Made by a program: the position numbers and the translations under genes. The notes below the pieces were generated by a model. That model was not told the DNA's origin. It worked only from the letters and a program-made list of their open reading frames with translations, and searched no databases. Below are positions 50,516 to 63,120 of a stretch of 64,000 nt of DNA, in pieces. The DNA comes from an uncultured Nitrososphaerota archaeon (lineage in GTDB: Archaea; Thermoproteota; Nitrososphaeria; Nitrososphaerales; CADDZS01): assembly GCA_963799845.1 (NCBI GenBank), contig CAWCYI010000005.1, positions 1 to 64,000 of the forward strand. Direction: 5' to 3'. Positions within the stretch are counted from its first letter, which is position 1. Each line of letters opens with the position of its first letter.

Positions 50516-53387
50516 TTAGAATTGACAATCGTCAACGATTGCTTGAGGAAAAGTTGGAGGATAGAGATCAGTCATCGGGTTCAAGACCTGACCGCACGGG
50601 CAGGAGGCATTTGCGTTTCTTTTCAGCTTCGAATCGGCGATCTTGTGCAACTGATCGACGCGTTTGTTGACCATCGAGCTCACCTTGTCCCTGAGTTTAT
50701 CTGGAGAGATGTTCTTGCCGCGCAATGCTGCGACCTGACCCGCGAGCGATTTGTCTCCCAGCATCCTGAACCAGTTTTCAAATTCTCCCTCTTCAACGTG
50801 GAACCTGATGGAAGAGGGCTCGATTGTCTTCATAGTGGTGGCGAGTTCTTCCAAGACTTCTTGACATGACATTGAGAGGTTGCCCGTAATCCCTGTAGAA
50901 AGTAAAGGCCTTGTCGGGCGCTACAGTTCTGAGCACAGTGGTTGCCTCGTCTCTTCCAACTTTCCCAACCTCGCGATTCTGTAACTTATAGAATCGAACT
51001 TTGGCAAAGTCTTGAACGACAAAGGTTGCTAATGCATATCCCCATACTATCGCCGCTAACTCCCACCCCATGGCGTGCAAAAGAATGCCGTAAACTGTGA
51101 TTATAGTGGCCGTGAGGCCTGTGTCAGTATTACTGCAAGGAACACGGGCATCGCTGGCCTTACAGACCAGAATGGTCCCTTTGTACGGGACACAAAGAGA
51201 GCAAGATGCCCGCCCACGGACAAGTTCAGATATATGAACGACTGGAGAACAAGCAGATTCAGATGCAAAACGTCCAGCCCGATGATGAGCATTCCGAAGG
51301 AAGACACCGTCCCGATGCCTCCCAGAAATGATGAAATTTCCAAGAGCTTCCGCATGTTCCACTTTTCGGGCTTTTTGGAAATCTTGACATTGTCGTATGC
51401 TATCGTCATGATGGGCATATCGTTGAGGAGAGCCAGTAACACAATCATTAGGGCGGTGACCGGATAGACTGAACACGATGATTGAGAGCGAAATGAAGAA
51501 CAGCACTCGGATCGTTTCGTTGATCCGGTAGATCGCGTAGTTAGTCATGCGCTGGAATATCTCCCGGCTCGCAGTCACGGCGTCGATGATCACTGAGAGT
51601 CCAGGCTTCGTCAGGACTACGGCTGCGGCAGACTTTGCAGCGTCAGTAGCCCCGGCCACTGCTATCCCGCAATCAGCCTTCTTTAGGGCGGGGGCATCGT
51701 TCACGCCGTCTCCGGTCATGCAGACGATGTGTCCCTTCTTTTGCAGAAGTTCGACGATATGGTACTTGTTTTCCGGGAAAACCTCGGCGAAACCGTCGGC
51801 TTTCTCTATTACCGATTCCGCATCGCTGTCTGACTTGTTGAGGATGGACGACGATGTAACAATGTTCGTGCCCAGTCCCACCTCCCGACATACTTCCTCG
51901 GCTATGGCCACGTGGTCGCCGGTGACCATCTTCACGGTTATCCCCATCGACTCCGCGGTTTTGATCGTCTTCGCCGAATCATCACGTGGCGGGTCGGACA
52001 GCGCTATGAGCCCGACAAACTGCCAGTTCTTCTCGACATCGGTTCTGGCCACACCCAGGGCGCGATAACCCTTCGTAGCGAAACTATTGACATCCTCATT
52101 AACGGCTCCCTCGACCCCCTTGTCGTGGAGGAGAGACAAGACCACCTGTGGTGCTCCCTTTGTAACCTGAAAGGCGTGGCCGTCTTTGTCTTCCGCCGTG
52201 GCCTCCGTTCGCTTCGACACGGGGTCGAACGGCTTGAAGGAGGAGACTTTGTAACTTGATATTGAGGCGGACATCCCGTCCAATGTCTTGGCTTTCTTTA
52301 TGATCGCGTCGTCGTATCGGATCCTTGTCTTCCTCCCTTGAAGCGAGGGTCGAGTAAAGCAGGACGTCGTTCACCGTGTATTCTTCGAAGGTCTTTACTT
52401 CACCGACTGTCAGCTCGTTTTTCGTGATGGTGCCCGTCTTGTCAGCGCATAGAATATCCACGCCGGCCATCTCATCTATGGCGATGAGCTTGCTGACTAT
52501 GGCTTCCTTCTTCGCCAGCGCGGATGCTCCCACAGTCATGCAGACAGATAGGACTGCGGGCATCGCCGCAGGGATTGATGCGACGATCAGAACCAGTCCG
52601 AACTGGAGGATTTCGAGTGGCCCTTCGTGACGGAAGAGACCGATGACTGAAACTATCGTTACCATGACTGCGGCGAGCGCGATTAGATAATCGCCGATCC
52701 TGACTACCGCCCCCTGAAAATGGCTCTTGGTCTTCGCTTTCTCAACCAGCTTAGTTGTGCGTCCATAGAAAGTGTTCATCCCGGTGGTAACTACAAGGGC
52801 GTTCATCTCGCCCTGTCGAATGATCGAGGAGGAAAAGGCGACATCTCCCGGATGTTTCTCCACGGGCAATGATTCTCCGGTTAGGGCAGATTCATCAATC
52901 TGGAGATATGCGCCGCTGACAAGTTTGTGTCTGCGGGAACGATATTCCCGAGGCGTAGTCGTACCTATGTCTCCGGGAACGACTCCTTTGCAGGTAAGTA
53001 GGTCCACTTTCCGTCTCGCAGAACTTTCGCAGTGAGCGCCAGCCTCTTTTTCAGTCACTCAATCTCGTTGCTCGCCTTGCGCTCCTGCCATGACCTAACA
53101 ATGACGTTTACCACCAAGAGCGCGCTGATGATTACGAGGTCATCCCAGTTCTGTAGAAATGCTGAGATGATCGCCGCCGCTTCTATCATCCCTGGGATGG
53201 GTCCCCAAAAGTAGAGGAGAAAAGCGATTATGGGAGAGCGCTTCTTCTGGGTTATCTCGTTCGGTCCGTATTGCTGGAGTCTCTTGGCAGCTTCTGAAGA
53301 GGAAAGCCCTTTTTCAGTGGCTGCAAGTTTCTTGAACAGTTCTGCGACCGGAGGATCCTTTTCCTCAGAGGGAGAGATGCTACCCAA
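50516..53387 (-). CDS. P-type IIIA proton-efflux ATPase with a C-terminal DUF5752-like domain (several frameshifts)
   Basis: LTGES, IPAAMP, CADKTGT, KGAP, MVTGD, TGDGVNDAP, LNDMPIMTIAYD; tail FTFYRDYGQP...FHVEEGEFENWF. Confidence 0.88.
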
Positions 53388-53479
53388 GATGCTTCCCCTT
53401 ACGATGTTGCGGCTGTCTCACTAACCCGACACATGTTGGGCTGCCCCGAGTCCCGACCGGGACATGGTAGAATACAGCG

Positions 53480-53878
53480 TCAGGCTTGGCGGCGAAGCTG
53501 TAAACTCTCCTCGCCCACTGGGGTTGGCATCCCCTCACGGTGTCTATCGCGTAAGCCGTGTAGACGTACGCGTCCGCGAGAACAACCCGCGCGGAGGAGT
53601 GGAAGGACGTTTCTCATGTAACGGTCTGCGAAATAGGTCGCTTGCACCAGGCTTAGCGTGGTGGGCGTGAGAAGGGCTTTCTTCTTTGTTTTCGGAGTCA
53701 TCTCTTTCAGAATAGCAGAGGAGTTCCATTCAGTGTTGAAAACGAGCACGCTGAGATGGCGCAGCCACTTGTCGAGCAAGTGCAGTTGAGTTGACTTGCC
53801 AGGGCCGTCTATCCCCTCTACAGGTATCAGTTTCGCCCTCGGCCTGCTTCGCGCGCCTAATCTACTCATTCCGTTCAT
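53480..53878 (-). pseudogene. Truncated thymidylate-kinase-like gene
   Basis: VEGIDGPGKSTQ, TEWNSS, LTPTTLSL...FADR; similarity is lost after ~85 aa. Confidence 0.7.
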
Positions 53879-54635
53879 AGTTCAGACCTCTAGACAGTGT
53901 GACAACTACACTCCCCAAACATCCCTCAAACGTACGCCTAATCATTTTGTAGGATCACAAGGTGGCAGTCGAAAATGCTATTCCTTGCTATTGCAGATAA
54001 GCACACTTGACCACGATGCATTGTGATAGGAGGTATTTCTGGATAAGACGTATGTCTCTGGCATTTGAAGCACGGACGGTATCGGATTGTAATCGAAATT
54101 AACGATTGAATTGTTTCAGTCACGGAACACATCACCTCTGTAGTAGCGTCATTTGGTTGAAGATATGAAAGCGAGCTGCTCAAGTTATGCCAAAATATTG
54201 ACGCAAACCAATCACTTTTCGGCTCTAAAACAAAGAAATCGATATGGAATGGAGACATTTTTTGGATAGATTGACCGATAAGCATCCGGTTTTCCTTTTT
54301 CATCACTTTACTGGATTCCTAGATGCACTTTCTAGTCATTTCCGAACGAATATGCACAATGTTTTGCCAGCATCAGAGCAATAGTCGAATCGCTAACTTT
54401 CATCGTACTTTGGCGTTTTGCACTTTTGTGTCTTGTGCGTAATGGTATCTGTGATGCATTCATCCGGAAAACGGTCAAGCCAACTCTTTGCACCTAGGCA
54501 AGGATGTTGGCGGAGGTCTCCGCTATTTGGAGAAGACGCTTTTGTTGGAATGAAGTAAAAGCAGTCGAACTCGACCATTTTACGGTGAAGTATAGTGAGA
54601 AACGAAGATCCGACTAAAGGAAGTGGAAGTGAATA

Positions 54636-54791
54636 ATGGAATCAGGCATAATCGGGTTAGGGCGCATTTGTGCAACCATTGCCCGTAGCCTCGATCACAA
54701 TGGACACGTGGTCGTCCATAACCGCGCCGAGGAGAAGGTCACGGGCGCACGACTGGAGCCGCCGACGGTATCGTCATCAGGCTCGAACTGA
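54636..54791 (+). pseudogene. N-terminal fragment of a 6-phosphogluconate dehydrogenase-like gene
   Basis: MESGIIGLGRICATIARSLDHNGHVVVHNRAEEKV Rossmann-type start, then an early stop. Confidence 0.55.
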
Positions 54792-54833
54792 TGAGTTCGA
54801 AGATTAGGTCCGGAAAAATTCGGGGCAGAAACC

Positions 54834-57376
54834 ATGAGCAAGGAAAGCCACGTCAGCCACCCAATTCACCTTGTACACACAGAAGTTAAGGGGTTCGATT
54901 CCCTCGCGGAGCTTGCCCTGGACATGCGGTGGTCGTGGAACCATGCCACCGATGGAGTGTGGCGCACGCTTAATCCTATACTTTGGGAGTCACTCAAAAC
55001 CCTTGGGTTGTCCTGCAGAAGGTCTCGCGGGAACAGCTCGGAGCATGTGCTCGCCGATCCAGTTCCACAGACATTTGATAACCTTCTGCAAGCCAAGCGA
55101 CAGGCGTCCGAAAAGCCCGCATGGTTTCAGCAAAGACGTACCAAGCTCACTTAACCTGCGTGGCGTATTTCAGCATGGAATTCACGTTGAGCGAAGCGCT
55201 GCCCATCTACTGGGGGCTCGGCAACGTCGCAGGTGAATCAGCTCAAGGCCGCCAGCGACTTGGGCGTGCCGGTCGTTCGAGTGGGTCTGCTCTACCAACA
55301 GGGCTATTTTCGCCAAGTGATTGACATGGACGGAGCGCAGCAAGCTCTTTACCCGTACAACGACCCTGGACAGTTGCCGTACGTGCCGGTGCGCCGCCCT
55401 AACGGAGAATGGTTGCGGTTGGAGATTCCTTACCTGGTTACTCGGTCTGGCTGCGCGCCTGGGAGGTCCAGGGCGGGTCGAGTCAAACTCTACCTGCTCG
55501 ATAGCGATGATCCTGCAAACATCCCTGCTAATCGAGCGGATCACAAGTGGGCCTATATGGGGGCGGACCGGAGTTGCGCCTCAAGCAGGAACTGCTTCTC
55601 GGAATTGGCGGCTGGCGGTTGCTACGCGCCTTGGGCATCAAGCGAGAAGGTCTGTCACCTGAATGAAGGACACGCAGCCTTCGCTACGCTGGAGCGCGCC
55701 CGAGATTTCATGGAAGAAACCGGACAGCCGTTCAAGGTCGCGCTTGCCGTCACGCGAGCGGGAAACGTCTTCACCACGCACACGGCGGTAGCCGCTGGCT
55801 TTGATCGTTTCAATCCAGATCTCGTCAAACAATTTCTTGGATGGTATGCAGAGAATACACCTCCGCGTGCACTCCGCGATTTGTTCGCCCTAGGCCGCCA
55901 GAATCCGAACGACTCGTCGGAGAGTTTCAACATGGCCTATCTGGCAATCCGAGGAAGTGGTTCTGTGAATGGCGTGAGCCGCTTACATGGAAAAGTCAGC
56001 AGACAACTCTTTGAACCTCTTTTCGCCCGCTGACAGGGGACGAAGTGCCGGTCGGGCACGTGACCAACGGAGTTCATATGCCGAGCTGGGACTCAGTCAG
56101 GCTAACGATACTCTGGACGGAAGCCTGTGGAAAGAACCGTTGGCTGGAGCCAGCGGAAGATCTGGAAAATGGCATTCGCCGTCTCTCCAACTCTAGGCTC
56201 TGGCAATGTCGCAACGATGCCAGCAAGTCCCTTGTAGAATACGCTCGGGATGGTTTCTGCGGGACGCTGGCCGCCTCCGGCGCGTCGCCCGATGCAGTGG
56301 AGGAGGCGAAACATCTATTAATACGAATGCTTTGACACTGGGCTTTGCGCGGCGCTTCGCGACCTACAAGAGACCGAACCTGCTTCTGCACAACCCAGAG
56401 CGACTGCTTCGCTTATTGAAAAATTCCGAGCGTCCGGTGCAACTCATCATCGCTGGGAAGGCGCATCCGGCGGACCAAGCGGGGCAGGATCTAATCCAGG
56501 AATGGGTGCATTTCATCCGGCGACCCAGACACGCTCACATGTGATATTCCTCAGTGACTATGACATGCGTTTGAGCGAGCAATTGGTGCAGGGCGTGGAT
56601 GTTTGGATCAACACGCCGCGCCGGTCCTGGGAGGCGTGCGGAACGAGCGGCATGAAAGTGCTAGTCAACGGAGGCATCAATCTGTCGGAATTGGACGGCT
56701 GGTGGGCGGAAGCATACACGTCTGAAGTGGGGTGGGCAATCGGGGACAGGGTTCGACGCGTGACGATCCGGTCTGGGACGCGGCCGGAAGCCGTAGCGCT
56801 TTACGAGCGACTTGAGCGGGAGGTCGTCCCGGAGTTTTATACTCGCGACAAAGACGGCGTTCCCGCTGCATGGGTTGCGCGGATGCGAGAAAGCATGGCG
56901 CTATTGACACCGCGCTTCTCCGCCCACCGCGCAGTGCGCGAATACACCGAGCAACACTACCTGCCGGCTGCTACCGCCTATCATTTGCGCAGCGACAATA
57001 AAGGGGCAATGAGCAGGCAAAATGGTCGATTGGCAGCACAATCTGGAACAGAAATGGGTCGCGCTACACTTTGGCGAAGTGAAGACTGAGACTCGTGACG
57101 GACAGCACGTATTTGAGGTTCAGGTCTTCCTCAACGACCTCGACCCCCAGGCAGTGCGGGTAGAGGTATTGCGCGAGCGGGCAGCGACGACGGTCCTCCA
57201 GTTCCACGGCAGGAGATGAAGCGCGTTCGCCAACTAGCCAACTCATCGGGGGGCTACGTTTACACCGCGACTGTGTCAGCGACCGCCAGCCAGCGGACTA
57301 TACGGCGCGCATTATACCGCACTACGACGGTGTTGCGGTGCCTCTAGAAGTCAAACCCATTGTCTGGCAGCGTTGA
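54834..57376 (+). CDS. glgP: Alpha-glucan (glycogen) phosphorylase (many frameshifts)
   Basis: AYFSMEF, HLNEGHAAF, FTTHT, HVTNGVH, FARRFATYKR, AGKAHPAD, EACGTSGMK, ELDGWW. Confidence 0.92.
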
Positions 57377-59641
57377 ATCAACCTCCAACTGGAGAAGAAC
57401 ATAACACAAAAGGACCGAAGGGAATGCGACAGCCAGCAGGCAAGGAGGTGGGCACATTCACAGATCTGAATTCGTTTGAACGCCCTCTACGCGATTACGT
57501 GAATGATGTATCGGAGCAGACTGATGTCCGAGTTGGTGCGCCGTTGCCCTTGGGAACGTATGCGGTTGGCGAAGGGGTGAACTTTGCGTTGTTCAGCCGA
57601 CACGCGAGCCGTGTTCGGCTGGAGTTGTTTGATAATTCCGAAGATGCCACGGTCACCAGGTCATCGACATGGATCCCTCGCGCAACCGCACCGGCGACGT
57701 GTGGCACGTCTAGGGGTGAAGGGGATCAGGTCCCGGTCAAATCTATGCCTATCGAGTGGAATTCGGCCGTCTCAGACCCAAGGAAGGCCATCGTTTCAAT
57801 TTCAACAGACTTCTCCTCGGTACCCGTTTCGGGTCCCGCGATTTCACAACTGCCTCCGTGGGATTTTGCATTGGCACGTGGATACAACTCCTCGGCACCT
57901 GAGCAAGACTTGATTATCTCGAAGCTCGACAATTCTAGGTCGAGTCCGAAATGCGTCTTTGTCAACGAGCCCTTCGAGTGGAATGGAGATCGGCCACCTA
58001 GGCATCCGTGGTCGAAGACGGTCATTTACGAAACGCATGTTCGCGGCTTTACCATTCATCCAAAGTCAGGCGTGGACCATCCTGGAACCTACCGAGGCTT
58101 GATGGAAAAAATTCCCTATCTGGAAACCCTGGGAGTGACCGCTGTGGAACTGATGCCCGTGCAGGAGTTCAATGAAAATTCTATCACGCGCAGGAACCCG
58201 CAAACAAGTCAACCACTCAGGAATTACTGGGGATACAACCCGTGGCCTTCTTTGCACCCAAAGCTCCTACAGCAGTTCAGGAGGCGTAGGTCAGCAGAAG
58301 CTGGAGTTCAAGGAAATGGTGAAGTTCAAGCGCCGGGATCGAAGTGATTCTGGACGTGGTCTTCAATCACACGGCCAAGGGGGGACCAGGACTCGGTCCG
58401 ACATTCTGTTTTCGTGGGATAGATAACGCAATCTTCTATACGCTGGCGGACGACAAACGCTACTACAAGGACTACACGGGCACAGGGAACACCATCAATG
58501 CAAATAATCCCGTGGTGCGGGACCGCATCCTGGCAGCGCTACGTTATTCGGTCGGCCGAGATGCATGTCGATGGATTTCGTTTTGATTGGCCGCAGTGCT
58601 CGGTCGTGGACCTTCCGGCAACCTGTACGAATGCCCTCTTCTCGAACTGATCGCCGAGGACCCGATACTAAGGGATTCGAAGTACGTCGCCGAAGCGTGG
58701 GATGCAGCCGGAGCGTATGAGGTCGGAAGTTTCTCCGAACCCCGCTGGGGGTCGTGGAACGACAGGTTCCGAGACGAGGTCCGGCGTTTCTGGCGCGGCG
58801 ATGATGGAATGCTCGGTTTTTTTGCCAGTCGCATCTGCGGCATTGCCGACATTTATTCGAAGTCCGGCAAAGCCCCCAAGAGCAGCATCGATTTCAGCCA
58901 CCTGTCACAACGGCTTCACTTTGAACGACCTGGTGGCCTATCTCTACAAGCACAATGGACGCAGACGAAAAACAGCGCGACGGGACCGACGCCAACTTTC
59001 AGCCAGAACTACGGCTCTGAAGGCGAGACGAAAGACGCCGGGATCGAGACCCTGCGGAAACGCCAGATAAAGAACTTGCTTCTGACGCTGCTGATCTCGC
59101 GCGGGGTGCCGATGCTGCTCGGCGGCGACGAATTTCGCCGCACGCAGGGCGGCAACAACAATGCCTACTGCCAGGACAATGAAACCAGTTGGTTCGACTG
59201 GACCGATCTTGAACAGCATCAGGAAATTTTCCGCTTTGCCCACGGCATGATAACTTTTCGCCGCGCACATCCGCCTCTGAGTAAGGAACAATTCTATACG
59301 GTCGCCGAGATCCGCTGGTTCAGCCCGCAACAGGGATCGCCCAACTGGACCGACCCGGAAAGAAAAAAACCTCGCCTGCTTGATCCAGGAAAACGGACAA
59401 GACGCGCTTTTCCTGATGTTCAACGCTGGCACGAATGGAACCGACTTTGGTTTGCCGCCGCTGCAGCGAGGGTATCTCTGGGATCTAGCGGTAGACACAT
59501 CACGCTCGGCGCCGCAAGACTTGTCTGACGCAGGTGAGGAGGCGCTTGTGGCTAATTCAAAGACGTATCGCTTAGAAGCCCGCTCGAGCGCCATACTTCT
59601 GGCACGGAAGCAGGAATCTGCTGGGAGGGGGTTCCGTATGA
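57373..59641 (+). CDS. glgX: Glycogen-debranching enzyme (frameshifts)
   Basis: [66 protein letters not shown]. Confidence 0.93.
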
Positions 59642-61289
59642 ATCAACGAGCCTCCGGGATACTTCTCCATCTGACTTCCCTTTCTAACCCCTATCCCATC
59701 GGGTATCAGGCAGGCGGCAACTGTCTTTGCGGATTTTATCGCCAGAGAGTGGAAAGCGTTGGTGGCAGATGCTTCCCATCGGGCCAACGGAGAAAGAAAA
59801 TTCGCCCTATATGCCGCTGTCTGCATTTGCGGGTAATCCGTTGTTGGTGAGTCCTGATCGGCTGGTGGAGCAGGGGCTCCTTAGCCGCCAGGATATCGAC
59901 TCCCTTCTCCGCGGGGAAAGGAGGGGTGAACTATCCCGAAGCAGCACGTTTGAACTGCGATGGTTAAGAAGGGCATTCGAACATTTCGATAAAACGAGCG
60001 GCGGTGGCAGGCAAAGTGAATTCGACGCATTTGCACTCGCGGAATCTTTCTGGCTAGAGGATTTTTCGTTGTTCTCGGCAATCCAGAAAAAAGAGGGCAC
60101 TTCGGATTGGACCCGATGGAACCAAGAGTTGCGAATGCGCCAACCAGTCGCCGTCATTCGTGCGCAGAAAAACCTTGCCAATGAAATACGTTACCATCAG
60201 TTTGTCCAGTGGCAGTTCTCAGCACAGTGGAAAGAGGCTTAGGGCGTATTGCAAGTCCAAAGGAATCTCGCTGATCGGCGACATTCCCCTGTTCGTAGCG
60301 CACCAAAGCGCCGATGTCTGGCTCATCCCGGGCTTTTCAAACTGGATGAGGATGGAAACCCTACAGTGGTCGCGGGAGTACCTCCCGATTATTTCTCCAA
60401 GACAGGGCAGTTGTAGGGGCGTCCCCGTGTATCGCTGGGAGGCGCTTCAAAAGCAGAACTACAGTTGGTGGATCGAACGTCTGCGGACGGCTTTTGGACG
60501 GTTCGATATCAATCGGCTGGATCATTTCATCGGCTTTGTCCGCACATATGAAGTGCCTGCACAGGCCAAGACGGCTGTGAACGGGCATTACCAAATTGCT
60601 GGAGGCGCTTCCTTTTTCAAAACCGCTCGCCAAGCACTTGGGTCATTATTGATCGCTGATGATTCTGGGGTCCAGACACCACCGAAGTTATGGCGTTACT
60701 GGATCAACTTCAGATTCCCGGCACACGGGTCCTGCAATTCGAGTTCAGTTCAAGTCTTGAAGAGACTTCAGGACCGCCAGAACTGCATCCAGCGAAATCA
60801 GTAGTCTACACCGGAACCCATGATAACGACACAACGGCAGGATGGTATCGGAAGTTGACAGGAGCGCAACAGAAAATCTTGCAAAAACGACTGGGAGCAA
60901 ACAACCAGGGGGTTGTCTGGGCAATGATCGGTAAGGCGCTGGCATCCAGCGCCAACATAGCCATCGTTCCTGCGCAAGACCTCCTGGATCTCGGGTCGGA
61001 GGCGCGAATGAATTTTCCCGGAATTGCGAAAGGAAACTGGCAATGGCGCTTGAAGGATGGCGCGCTGACCCAGGAATTCGCGCAAAGGCTGCGAAATATA
61101 ACTTCAAGGTACCAGCGCCTAAATGAGGAGCAACCTCAAGTTCCTCGGTCTCAGGAAGATGACCCGATGCCACAGATCACGGAAGCGAGCCTATGAACTG
61201 TACAAGAACGACGAGGCTGCCAAGACGGACAAGCCGTCAAGGACTGGCTCGAGGCGGAACGGGAAATAAAGATGGAAGCGAAACGATGA
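59638..61289 (+). CDS. malQ: 4-alpha-glucanotransferase with a C-terminal DUF2934-like tail (frameshifts)
   Basis: RASGILLHLTSL, WQMLPIGP, SPY..SAFAGNP, IGDIP, RLDHFIG, YTGTHDNDT, RMNFPG...NWQWR; tail AYELY..RG..DG..DWLEAE. Confidence 0.92.
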
Positions 61290-61912
61290 CAATTACAACG
61301 CTGTTTCTGGATGTCGGCGGTGTCCTGCTCACCAACGGGTGGGATCATCATGCACGGAGACGGGCGGCGAAAACTCAAGCTGGATTCGACTGAGATGGAG
61401 GAGGATCGGCATCGCCTGACCTTCGAAACTCATCGAGGAGGGAAAGATTACGTTCGAAGAATATTTGAATCAAGTGGTCTTCTACAAAAAGCGAGCATTC
61501 ACCCGGGCTCAATTTCGGCTGTTCATGTTCGCACAATCGAAGCCTCACCCCAAGATCATAGAGTTAGTCTCTCAGATTAAGGTCCGGCATAAGATTGAAG
61601 ATACGCCGTGGTCAACAACGAAGCACGCGAGTTGAACAGTACCGGATTCGCGAGTTCGACTGAGAGGTTTTGTGGATTCTTTCATTTCCTCCTGCTCGGT
61701 CCATGTCCGCAAGCCCGACGCAGACATTTTTCACCTTGCGCTGGACATCACCCAGGCGCCAGCCCGGCGGGAGCATGTACATCGACAACACATCAATGTT
61801 TGTCCAGATCGCGGAAGGCATGGGGATTAGAAGCATTCTTCACACCGATTACAAGTCCACGTGTGCGAAACTGGCTTCGTTCGGATTACAGAACGAAGGA
61901 GCGATTCCATGA
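61286..61912 (+). CDS. HAD-family phosphatase (frameshifts)
   Basis: TLFLDVGGVLLTNGWDH, NNEARELN, RKPD, YIDN. Confidence 0.82.
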
Positions 61913-63120
61913 AACTCGCTAACCCATGCATCCTGACGATGAACGGCGGCTCGTCGAGCATCAAGTTCGCGCTGTTCGAGGTTGGTGACTCGTTCCGACA
62001 GGATTCTGGAGGGCGGGATTGATCGGATTGGACTGCCTAAAGCCACCCTGAGCGTGAAAGGCGTGAACCAGACGGAAAACTTTTCCCAATTAGTCACAGC
62101 GCCGGATCACACTGTAGCGGTAGGCGTTCTGATGAATTGAATGAGAAACAAATAGGGCGCGATGCGTTTGACGCAGTTGGTCATCGTGTGGTACATGGCG
62201 GTCCGAAGTATTACGAGCCGCAGCGAATCACTGCGGAAATGCTCACAGGTATCCGCGAGCTCGGTCCATTTGACCCCGAGCATCTACCGGAGGAGATCCT
62301 GTTGACCGAGGCGTTCCATCGCCGATTTCCTGACCTGCCACAAGTGGCGTGTTTCGACACGGCTTTTCATCATGACCTGCCGCGTGTTGACTCAGTTGCT
62401 CCCGATCCCACAACGCTACGAAGCGCAGGGCGTGCGGCGGTACGGGTTCCACGGACTTTCGTATGCGTTTCTAATTGGAGAACTCGCGCGCCTAGGAGAC
62501 CCGGCAGCAACAACTGGCCGGGTCATTATCGGCCACCTCGGCAATGGCGCGAGTCTCGCGGCGGTGCGTGACGGCAAATCCATGGACACAAGCATGAGTT
62601 TCACGCCGACCGCCGGGGTACCGATGAGCACCCGTTCAGGTGATATCGATCCCGGACTAGTTTGGTATCTGGCGCGTCCTGAAAAAATGAGCGCGAAGCA
62701 ATTCAACGAGATGGTCAATTTCCAGTGGAGCTGTTCGGGATATCGGAGACCAGTTCAGACATGCGTGACTTGATCAATCATGAAACGCCGAACGTGCGGG
62801 CGGCTGGAGCTTGTCGCCCTGTTCTGTTACCAGGTCAAGAAATGGAACGGCGCATTCGCCGCAGCGTTAGGCGGTCTGGACACGCTGGTGTTCGCTGGTG
62901 GAATCGGAGAGAACTCACCCGCAGTCCGCGCCCGGATTTGTGATGGTTTAGGATTTCTTGGAATCGAACTAGAAGAAGAGCGAAACGCGGCGAGTGAAGG
63001 CGTGATTTCCACCGCGGCCAGCCGTGTTGCGGTCCGCGTCATTCATACAGACGAGGAATGGATGATAGCCAAGACGGTTTGCTCAGTTCTTGGCCTTATG
63101 AGTAAGGAGAAATCGACCCA
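61909..63120 (+). CDS. ackA: Acetate kinase (frameshifts; end approximate)
   Basis: [59 protein letters not shown]. Confidence 0.93.
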
